Below, piece by piece: positions 1 through 7,548 of a stretch of DNA of 64,000 bases. The position numbers and the translations under genes were made by a program. The DNA is taken from assembly GCA_965208795.1 (NCBI GenBank), contig CBDBPQ010000002.1, positions 1,014,770-1,078,769 on the forward strand, read 5' to 3'. The notes below the pieces were generated by a model. That model was not told the DNA's origin. It searched no databases and saw nothing but the letters and a program-made list of their open reading frames with translations. Every line of letters starts with the position of its first letter. Position 1 is the stretch's first letter. The stretch is from Dehalococcoidia bacterium (GTDB taxonomy: Bacteria > Chloroflexota > Dehalococcoidia > Lucifugimonadales > UBA1123).

Positions 1-663
1 ATCGGTCGTCCGAGAAAGGCTAAAGGGGCTCGGGGACTGGATGGCGTCGATGGCGGTGGCGTCGATGGAGGCGGCTTCCATCCTGGATGGACTCGATCCC
101 GACGGTTGGCGCGTCGTCGCCTGGGGGGAGGCGCCAGGGGCGTTCTGCGGAAGTTGCGCGCCAGGGTGAGAGTGCATAGGGTGGGCTATCGCGGGACTCA
201 TCTACCCTCAGCAGGATGGCTGATCGGCGAACGTTCCGCAAATGGGCGCCCCACAGAGACCAAGTATTACTTCGCGTCGGGAATAGATCGGATGAGCCTG
301 GACGACATCGTGGAGTCGGCTCACTGTCGCTGGATGATCGAGCGCTTCTACCAGGATGCGAAGGGAGAGGTTGGGCTCGACGACTACGAGGGCAGGCTGT
401 GGTCGGGGTTCCACCGCCATGTGGGCCATGCGTGCTCGCCCACTGCTACCTTGCGCTGCGCCAGAACTATGGAACGACCATCGCTGGACAGACAGCGAGT
501 GTTCCGGGAGACGCTCGCAGACCGAAACGACAGCCGGGACAGACCCGGAGATTTACCCCCTGAGGGCCGTCGGAGTCTGGCGTCGATCAGACGCCTGGTA
601 CTTGAGCGGATGTTCGCTCATGTGATTGAGGAACTCACGCGCGCTCGAGTCCGGTCACCCTGA
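1..663 (+). pseudogene. IS701-like (IS4-superfamily DDE) transposase, C-terminal part, truncated by the window edge and frameshifted
   Basis: Frame +1 is open from nt 1. ...KYYFASGIDRMSLDDIVESAHCRWMIERFYQDAKGEVGLDDYEGRLWSGFHRH matches the RW-IE...K...GLD-YE-R-W-G-HRH C-terminal DDE signature. After HRH the expected helix (VLAHCYLALRQNYG) continues in frame +3 (ORF 216..563). The tail (RSLASIRRLVLE) is back in frame +1. Confidence 0.6.
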
Positions 664-719
664 TATGACAAAATAGTACTAAGGTATTGTACGCAAGACG
701 GCGGCACTGTCTATTACAC

Positions 720-2810
720 CTATGCCAGTAATGCCTCGACGCTTCGCTTCAGATCGACTTCTTCGCCGGGAACGTAGTTGCGCCACAAGTATTCGGAGAG
801 CGACCTTATGCTTCTCATCACTTCCGCTGTTAGACCCTTCTTGCGTACTGCTAGAATCTGAAGGTTCATTACCTCAAGGTAGTCTCCGCGCTGCATCGCC
901 CTCTGATGGTATTCCAGCATTGTCTCCGCTGTTACGAGCGCAGGGTCAGCTGCCTTCAGGATTTTCCAGACCCTGGCCAAGTACCGGAGGGTGGAAATTT
1001 CTACAGCTTTGATATAGCGGTACTGCGCCGCTATGCTGCCACTCAGTTCGTCCACTAGAACCGGGTAGCCGTATCTTTTTACGTAAGCATCCACCATGCT
1101 CCATAAACCTCTAGGCCCGATTCCTCCGCTCTTTACTCGGCCTATCAGCCATTCTTCGCTTGGATTTCCTAACTCAACAAGAACGCGGGCCGCCAACTCC
1201 TCTACCTCCGGTTCTTCAAGCCGGTATCCTTCTAGTCTGCCGACGAAATGACAGTGCTCCCACACCCTTTCCACCAAGTTCCTCACCATCTCGGGTTCGA
1301 CGCCAACACCTGCTTCGTATCTCGCCACCACGCCATGGATAGCCACAGCCATTTGCATTTGGGCCACGTCATTGGCGACCCGGAACTCTTTGGGGTGATC
1401 ATCCGCTTCCCAAACGCTTAGCGGCAACCGACTGGACTGTGCGATCACCCAGTCCAGCGGGGTTTCATCCTCCGGCAGCGCGAGTGAGAGCGCAGATCCC
1501 AGTCCGCGCATCCATTTGATCGCCCTCTCATCGGTCAACGTATAGTAGGCGCGCTCGTTACCACGCAAGATTTCGTCAGTGCGCTTCGCGTGCTTTTTGA
1601 GCACAATCTTGGCTATCTCAATGGCTCGCTCTGGGTGGTCTCGGCTTATCCTTTGGGCTACCGTCCCCAATGGCAGCGTTGGCTGAATGGCGGGGCCATG
1701 GCGCACTTTAGACTTGAGCGCTTCACGTAATTCGCTGTGCCAGTTTTGGCGAACCAGTTCTGCGATTTCGTCTATGCAACGCTCCTCCAGTCGTCCGCCG
1801 AGGTCGTATTCCTCCGACTCACCAATCACAATCTGCGGGAGGTCTCCGTGTTCGTACAACTCGGCTATCCACCGGACGCTCTCCGAAGGTTCGTATTGCG
1901 CCAATCGGTCTACCAGGCCCGAGAGAAGCTTGGCAGCGACTTCGCCTGCTTCTTCCCGTTCCTTTTGCCCCCTGCCGGGGTGTCTCGCTTCGCCGACCAG
2001 TTCCCGCATAACTTCCAACGCATGAACTATTGCTATCGCGGTCACCGGTTCAGATTGGTTCGTCTTGAGCCAAGCCAGTGCTTGCAAGCGGTCGACGCCC
2101 TTGTATCGGGATGCGATGAAAAGTGCCCACCGCTGGACTATCGGGTGATCCACTCTCTGGACCAACTCGGGAAAGCGTTCTGGTCTTAGTGTCATGACAA
2201 GCCGAATGACGTTCGCTGCACCACGGTACAGGTTGGGTCGGCCCAGATCGGTTCGACGGAATACCCTGATGCGATCCCGATAATATTCCGGGTCGACAGA
2301 TACCCTTCCGCCATCCAATTTGTATCCCAGGATTTCGTCGGGGTCGATGGCATTTTCGCGTTCGCACAGCCGCTGCAGCACCTCCACGGAGTTCTCCCAT
2401 AGCGCGTCAACCTGTTTCAGATACCACACGGCCGGGATCTTTTCCGCAGCTGTCTCTGCATCAACGGTGCCGATCGCCCAAAAGAGGGTCTCATTTGCCG
2501 TGCCCGATTTTCCTTGAAGTAGTTGTTGAGCTACCCCACGCAGTATCAGGTCGTCAATCTCTTGCCCTGCGTCTTCCGCCAACACCGGTCGCCCATCACG
2601 TGTTTCGTACCATCCATAGACGGTTTCCCTCACACGTCGGCGTTCGATTTCGGCGACGGAGTCCCGCTCGAACAGCGGTCCCAGCACTCCGTCGACCAGA
2701 CTCGAGAGATCTGGGTTTTTCAGCGGCGACTCAACGGCGCCTACCACGCGCCAAGCTGCCTGTACCAGCAATCTCTCCTCATGGGCCTGTTCTGGCTTTC
2801 CTTCTACCAT
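720..2810 (-). CDS. Uncharacterised 696-aa all-alpha (repeat-like) protein, second gene of the candidate two-gene system
   Basis: Long uninterrupted ORF in a lower-GC region. ATG at 2810 has GGAGG 8 nt upstream and overlaps the upstream stop by 7 nt (ATGGTAG). No Walker, nuclease or other catalytic motif recognised by eye. Confidence 0.75.
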   Translation of the reverse strand: MVEGKPEQAHEERLLVQAAWRVVGAVESPLKNPDLSSLVDGVLGPLFERDSVAEIERRRVRETVYGWYETRDGRPVLAEDAGQEIDDLILRGVAQQLLQGKSGTANETLFWAIGTVDAETAAEKIPAVWYLKQVDALWENSVEVLQRLCERENAIDPDEILGYKLDGGRVSVDPEYYRDRIRVFRRTDLGRPNLYRGAANVIRLVMTLRPERFPELVQRVDHPIVQRWALFIASRYKGVDRLQALAWLKTNQSEPVTAIAIVHALEVMRELVGEARHPGRGQKEREEAGEVAAKLLSGLVDRLAQYEPSESVRWIAELYEHGDLPQIVIGESEEYDLGGRLEERCIDEIAELVRQNWHSELREALKSKVRHGPAIQPTLPLGTVAQRISRDHPERAIEIAKIVLKKHAKRTDEILRGNERAYYTLTDERAIKWMRGLGSALSLALPEDETPLDWVIAQSSRLPLSVWEADDHPKEFRVANDVAQMQMAVAIHGVVARYEAGVGVEPEMVRNLVERVWEHCHFVGRLEGYRLEEPEVEELAARVLVELGNPSEEWLIGRVKSGGIGPRGLWSMVDAYVKRYGYPVLVDELSGSIAAQYRYIKAVEISTLRYLARVWKILKAADPALVTAETMLEYHQRAMQRGDYLEVMNLQILAVRKKGLTAEVMRSIRSLSEYLWRNYVPGEEVDLKRSVEALLA

Positions 2811-4528
2811 GGGCTCGCCTCCGTTACCAAGATGTCGTTTCCATTGCTACCTACCGAGGAGAGCCACAATTTTTCTGCCTCCGCCCTGTAAACGCTGTGG
2901 GAGCAGGCGCTGAATGTGACACCCCGTTTTTCCCAGCCGTTGACCGAGTTCGTGATCAACGTCTCGCCGGCAGGAGTAATTAGGTATCTATCATGAAAAG
3001 CCGGCTTCCCATCGCCCGGTCGGGCGAACCTTTTGACAGTTGCCTGTGCGGTCAGACGTTGCGGGTATTCCAGCCTGAGACTCTTGCTACGCTTTCCGCA
3101 CAGGATGTTCAATGGCCTGCCTCTCGTTGCTGACAGCAGGGAGGCCAACAATTCGATCTCCGCATCGCTTACCTTGTCGCCTAGGAAGTACGGATCTGCG
3201 AAATAGATGGGGCCCTTGGCCCGACTCTGCTGCCATATCAGATTCGTGATGTAGGCAACCGCCTCAGCGAATTCTTCCGGCGCAAATCTGGCCAGATCAC
3301 CCGCCTGCCGTGCAGATTGATCTTTTTCCCAGGCTCGATACGACAAGTTCTTCGCTCTGATGGCCTGGTCCACTTCCGAGCCGCCGCTGTCTGCGACTCT
3401 AACGGTCTCACGCGCCGTGCCGAGGGTTGTGTCCACTTTAATCGATTTCCTTGGTGTCTTGATGTTCATTCGTACTTCCGGCCCTCTGATAACGAGGTCC
3501 ATTTCAATCGACATGATAAGATGCGCTTCATACTGATCTATGCACTGCCCGTCACTGTTACGGTATATTGCGAGCCCTACAAGGTCAGTGTCCGTCTCGC
3601 AGCCTATTACCGTTTCGGGCTCGCTGATTGCGATCGATCGTTGCAGTACTCTGTCGCCACTGTGGCCGGCCCACACCGTCGCCGAGTATGCCCCCGGCGG
3701 GGGCGTAGTCCAGTCACTTCCCCAAACCCTGAGTACCAGGTTCCGGCCGTGCATCGCCGTGATTTCGCTATTGATCGCATCTTGGGCACTGGCTATCACC
3801 AGATTGCCAACGCGGTCCAAGCGGCGAACAAGTGGGAAGTGCGATAGTTTCGACATCTCGGCGGCGGCCTCTCCCGCGACCTGCAACACTTCCAACCATC
3901 GATCTTGCGTTTCTGAGTCGAAGCACCAGTATTCGGCCATTTCCGCGCTGTGCCCGCGGAATGGGCTTTCAAGCAACTCTGCATCACTCATGGTGTGTTC
4001 TTGGTAAGCCCAATGTCGTCGCTGACGGGGATCCAGGGCGTACCGAATGTCCACATCAGCGATCACCAGTGACCCGCTCCGGAGGATGTTCTGCACAATC
4101 TCCTGGCACTCCGTGAGCGTCGTGTCCAAGCGATATAGCTCAAGGCTTTCGACTTGCTCCGAGTTTTCCACGCCGATTATTCCCCGCTGCCAGTTGGGAT
4201 TTCCGGCATGGACCCAGGGACCCAGCGAATTGCGGTTCCGGTGGCGGACCAGGGTGAGCAGATTTGTCACCGTCCCGTCCGGCGTTCGGAGCGCCAGCAC
4301 GGTCATCCGCGCCGCCCGCGCGCTGATTCCATCGTATAACCCCAGTGTTGCGACAGTATGGCTGAACGGCAGGCCTCGTTCCTTGGCCCACCTTGCCGCC
4401 TCATATTCTTCCACCAACACCCTGCGCCCCTCTCTTCGCGCCACCAGATGCTGCCGGCGAATGTGCTGACGCACATAGTTCTCGTCCTTCCCAACGGTAA
4501 GTGCCAGCTCAGCTATAGTGAGACTCAT
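2804..4528 (-). CDS. HTH (excisionase/MerR-like) N-terminus + unknown central region + C-terminal PLD-fold MIT_C-like domain
   Basis: ATG at 4528 has GGAGG 7 nt upstream; the ORF track starts at a TTG at 4558. N-terminus MSLTIAELALTVGKDENYVRQHIRRQHLVARREGRRVLV resembles an HTH_17/excisionase motif. C-terminus has GPIYFADPYF ... NILCG ... FHDRYLITPAGETLITNSVNGW. This matches my recollection of the two-motif pattern (IEDPYI ... IHDREIRFNNGW) of the PLD-like C-terminal domain of MITD1. Confidence 0.75.
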   Translation of the reverse strand: MSLTIAELALTVGKDENYVRQHIRRQHLVARREGRRVLVEEYEAARWAKERGLPFSHTVATLGLYDGISARAARMTVLALRTPDGTVTNLLTLVRHRNRNSLGPWVHAGNPNWQRGIIGVENSEQVESLELYRLDTTLTECQEIVQNILRSGSLVIADVDIRYALDPRQRRHWAYQEHTMSDAELLESPFRGHSAEMAEYWCFDSETQDRWLEVLQVAGEAAAEMSKLSHFPLVRRLDRVGNLVIASAQDAINSEITAMHGRNLVLRVWGSDWTTPPPGAYSATVWAGHSGDRVLQRSIAISEPETVIGCETDTDLVGLAIYRNSDGQCIDQYEAHLIMSIEMDLVIRGPEVRMNIKTPRKSIKVDTTLGTARETVRVADSGGSEVDQAIRAKNLSYRAWEKDQSARQAGDLARFAPEEFAEAVAYITNLIWQQSRAKGPIYFADPYFLGDKVSDAEIELLASLLSATRGRPLNILCGKRSKSLRLEYPQRLTAQATVKRFARPGDGKPAFHDRYLITPAGETLITNSVNGWEKRGVTFSACSHSVYRAEAEKLWLSSVGSNGNDILVTEASPW

Positions 4529-4562
4529 CGCCCGCCCTCCTTCCTTAATTTGACGCAATCAT

Positions 4563-4598
4563 ACATTGTGTACTGTACAATAGTACAGTACACAATGT
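4563..4598. promoter_or_regulatory. Perfect 16-bp inverted repeat with 4-bp spacer (putative operator) upstream of the HTH gene
   Basis: ACATTGTGTACTGTAC-aata-GTACAGTACACAATGT sits 35-70 nt upstream of the ATG at 4528. On the coding strand the core reads TACTGTACTATTGTACAGTA (CTGT-N8-ACAG). A TATGAT -10-like hexamer abuts the proximal arm. Confidence 0.6.
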
Positions 4599-4687
4599 CG
4601 GCATACTGAACAGACGTCGCCTTTCCAGCTATTGTAGTGCCGCTAGTGCAGGCGGCCCCTGGATAGCCAGAAATAGGCCGACAACCT

Positions 4688-4718
4688 AAAAGAGAAAACC
4701 CCCGCAATGTAACGGGGG
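4688..4718 (-). terminator. Rho-independent terminator (minus strand), probably the original tRNA-Lys terminator
   Basis: Minus strand reads CCCCCG-ttacattg-CGGGGG followed by TTTTCTCTTTT. It lies about 70 nt beyond the distal copy of the 30-bp direct repeat. Confidence 0.5.
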
Positions 4719-4787
4719 CTGAGAATCTCATCCGACCTATGAGGCCGAGCGTTTGGCAAATCATGCCGCGAGCATGAAACTCAACGT

Positions 4788-4817
4788 GAAGGTTCTTGAT
4801 TTTATCAAGTCTGGTGG
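4788..4817. repeat. 30-bp direct repeat, distal copy (att-like)
   Basis: gaaggttcttgattttatcaagtctggtgg is identical to 7108..7137. It contains the internal palindrome CTTGAT-TTT-ATCAAG. Confidence 0.9.
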
Positions 4818-4909
4818 AGAGACTCGTCAGCGTACCCCGCGGCATGAACGTACTTGGCCCCGAGTCCCGACAGGTTGCGACCATCACTGGAGCCAGGAGT
4901 AGGAAACGC

Positions 4910-5545
4910 CTAGGGGGTGACGCCGCCATGCTGGCCCTGATCAATGGCGGCCACCAACTCGTCCACGGCGTGGCAGAGCCTACGAAAAGAACGCGACCGG
5001 AGATACGCAAGATCAAGATCAATGTGATAAGTGAGCGGACCCTGATCCTCGGTTTCCTTGTAAGCTCTGCTGTCGGGCATCCTTTCGTTCAGCCATGCCT
5101 TGGCGCCCCTCATGCTTTCAAAGTTATCGGGGGCGTGTACCGTGTCGGGTATGCCGAGTCTGGCCCTGATGGCTGCGCCTGTGCCTTCAGATAGACTGGC
5201 GATGAACCAAGTCTCGTATTCGCTGTTGGCGTACACGATCGCGACCGGCACCGCGAGGCTTAGCGCGGCTGCCCTGGCAGCTAGGGTTCGCGCTTCGTCC
5301 ACCGGGCACTCCCGATCTGCGTCCAAAATAACCAGGATGGCATCGCAATTATCGATGATGGCGTATCGAAGAAACCGTTCAAATTTCTTAAGCAGATTAG
5401 GTTTGCCATTAGCTTGTTTGGGGTTGGCTGCTCGGATATCGTAACGAAAGAGCCGCTCCCAGAGAATCCTGCGCAACAGACCGGGCACGGCGTCGACATC
5501 CCCATCTCCCTCGACGATAGCGGCGATGTTCGGGAGTCGGTTCAC
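4910..5545 (-). CDS. DUF4276-like (TOPRIM-like) protein
   Basis: GTG start overlaps the ATPase stop (GTGA). N-terminal IAAIVEGDGDVDAVPGLLRRIL (EG..E-type motif), ILVILDADRECP (DxD) and ANSEYETWFIASL match my recollection of DUF4276. Confidence 0.7.
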   Translation of the reverse strand: MNRLPNIAAIVEGDGDVDAVPGLLRRILWERLFRYDIRAANPKQANGKPNLLKKFERFLRYAIIDNCDAILVILDADRECPVDEARTLAARAAALSLAVPVAIVYANSEYETWFIASLSEGTGAAIRARLGIPDTVHAPDNFESMRGAKAWLNERMPDSRAYKETEDQGPLTYHIDLDLAYLRSRSFRRLCHAVDELVAAIDQGQHGGVTP

Positions 5546-6846
5546 GTGGTCGCACCGAACTGTTCGAGTTCTCCCATCCGGTGCAGCTCGCCGGGAGAGA
5601 AGAGGTGGCGCAGGACGGATTCCCTCTGCGCATCAGACACTAGGCTGACCTGTGTTGCGCCGTCAACCAATTCCACAATACGCATCGATTCAACGTCCCG
5701 AAAATCCGTAATCCGGTCGATTAGTTCAGGGCTGTGGGTAGTCAACACCACCTGGGACCGTCGGGTCGCCTCTTTCAGCACGTCCGACAGGGCGGTGAGC
5801 GCTCCTGGGTGGACGGTGAGTTCCGGTTCTTCAATGCCGATCAGCGAGAGTAGTGGCCGGATTTGATTCAAGCCGGTGAGCAGCCCCAGAAGCCGAATCG
5901 TGCCGTCGGACTGCTGGGCGAGATCCAGCCAACCCCCGCCATGAACGTCTTCGTGTTTCAGCCTCACCACCAGATATCCGCCTACTGAGGTCACTTCAAT
6001 GTCGGATACGCCGGGAACCAGACGGGCAAGAGATCCTTTCAGCCGACCAAAATCGGCCGGGCGTCTCCTTTCCAGATTGCGCAGTACGGACGCCAGATTG
6101 CCGGCATCTTCGTCGAGTGTCTGGGGATTGCTCAGCGGTTGAGGCTCCCGGATTATATTCGGGAAGATGTGATAGTATCTAGTCTGGGCGATACGGCTCA
6201 GCATGACCTCTAGGACGCGTGCCATTGACGCGGCCGGTCCCTCAACTTCCCTGGCGCCAGGGGCTCTGCCAATTGCCCACGCCCTCACTAGGCGTCGCAT
6301 GTTTAAATCCGTGGCGTCAAATCCAACCCCCTCGGCGTCGTCCGGTCGGAAACGTGCATACGGTACGATATGTTCTGCCCCTTGGCCTGGGGAAGAGATG
6401 CGTCCGTTTTCCACCCTGAGCGCCAGAGGTTCTCGTTGACCAGCAGGATCCGAGTTCACGGTGGCGAGTTCCCACGCAACGACGTAACCACCGTCGGGTT
6501 CGGCGCCCAGCGCATAGCTGTATTCAATTCGAAACCGGTCTGGCTGGCGCAGAGTACCGCCTAAGGTCGCGGTAATCCCGATTTCCATTGATTCGGGACG
6601 CGGCCCTTCGGTTCGGCGCAGGATCGCGTCGAACCCGCGGCGCAGCGAAACCGCCGCTTCCAGATCGAACCTCAGCGAGTCTTTCAAGAACCTGAGAACG
6701 TCGAGCACGTTGCTTTTGCCCGACGCATTGGGGCCGACGAGCACGGTCATTGGACCTAGGTCCAGGGTTGCATCAGCGATGCTGCGAAAATTTTTGGCCC
6801 AAACCCTCTCGATTTGGAATCCCGGAAGACGTCGAGAACCGACCAT
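5542..6846 (-). CDS. ABC/SMC-type AAA ATPase (AAA_15/AAA_21, OLD/AriA-like ATPase domain)
   Basis: Walker A VGPNASGKSNVLDVLRFL. Walker B/D-loop region LIGIEEPELTVHPGAL, then VVLTTHSPELID. No fused nuclease domain. Confidence 0.85.
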   Translation of the reverse strand: MVGSRRLPGFQIERVWAKNFRSIADATLDLGPMTVLVGPNASGKSNVLDVLRFLKDSLRFDLEAAVSLRRGFDAILRRTEGPRPESMEIGITATLGGTLRQPDRFRIEYSYALGAEPDGGYVVAWELATVNSDPAGQREPLALRVENGRISSPGQGAEHIVPYARFRPDDAEGVGFDATDLNMRRLVRAWAIGRAPGAREVEGPAASMARVLEVMLSRIAQTRYYHIFPNIIREPQPLSNPQTLDEDAGNLASVLRNLERRRPADFGRLKGSLARLVPGVSDIEVTSVGGYLVVRLKHEDVHGGGWLDLAQQSDGTIRLLGLLTGLNQIRPLLSLIGIEEPELTVHPGALTALSDVLKEATRRSQVVLTTHSPELIDRITDFRDVESMRIVELVDGATQVSLVSDAQRESVLRHLFSPGELHRMGELEQFGATT

Positions 6847-7107
6847 GGCGATGCTCCAGTTTCTGGAATCGGACGTTTATAAACCATACCATATTGCGTC
6901 TGGCCACCGCGCGTTATCGACGGACGTTTTTTCGGGTTTGCCGCCGCGGTTGAGCAGTCGTGGCCTCGCCGAATGATCTGGTCCTTGGCCGGACGGGATT
7001 CCTAAGGTCAACGATGAATGCCCCGCTCCCGTCAGGCAACCCACTGACGCGGCCAGCAGCGCAAGGTCAACGCCGGTCCGCTATAGTTCCAAGACTATCC
7101 GCAACTC

Positions 7108-7137
7108 GAAGGTTCTTGATTTTATCAAGTCTGGTGG
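7108..7137. repeat. 30-bp direct repeat, tRNA-proximal copy (overlaps the last 6 nt, CCACCA, of tRNA-Lys)
   Basis: Identical to 4788..4817. Confidence 0.9.
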
Positions 7138-7209
7138 GCCGGCTGGGATTCGAACCCAGGACCGACGGATTAAAAGTCCGTTGCTCTGGCCAAGCTGAGC
7201 TACCGGCCC
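7132..7209 (-). tRNA. tRNA-Lys (anticodon UUU), CCA encoded
   Basis: Reverse complement folds by hand as GGGCCGG-TA-GCTC-AGCTTGGCCA-GAGC-A-ACGGA-CTTTTAA-TCCGT-CGGTC-CTGGG-TTCGAAT-CCCAG-CCGGCCC-A-CCA. Confidence 0.9.
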
Positions 7210-7548
7210 ACGCTGCGCCATATCTGACGTGTCGGTGAAATTAGTCTAGCATATCGGAATGCTGATACGTCAGCCCGGAGCGGGAGGAGGGTGCGCCGCC
7301 GCGCCGCATCGTTCCGATCATCGAGACTCCGGCGCAACGGCCGCGGGGCTACATCGGCGCCATGATGGGCCATGTCGAGAGTTCAGCCACGTTGTCAACC
7401 ATCCGCTGTTGAAGCGCGGCATTAAGGCATGGCCACAGCTTGAAGCGCCGCGATTTTGGCGCTACCGTGTCCGTGCGGACGCTTGCCTATCCGCATGATG
7501 GGAGCGGCCATCGGAAAGCCTGTTGAATTTCGAGGAGCGGAAGACCTG

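Noticed and set aside
4571-4590. Calling the CTGT-N8-ACAG core a definite LexA/SOS box
   Set aside because: The match to the E. coli-type consensus is real. However, the LexA motif of this high-GC, possibly Chloroflexota host is unknown, and the full 36-bp dyad is larger than a LexA site. It is kept only as an alternative hypothesis.
720-7107. Search for an integrase/recombinase, toxin-antitoxin pair or restriction-modification genes inside the island
   Set aside because: No ORF with tyrosine- or serine-recombinase, methyltransferase or typical TA motifs was seen. The remaining ORFs in the track are overlapping shadow frames.
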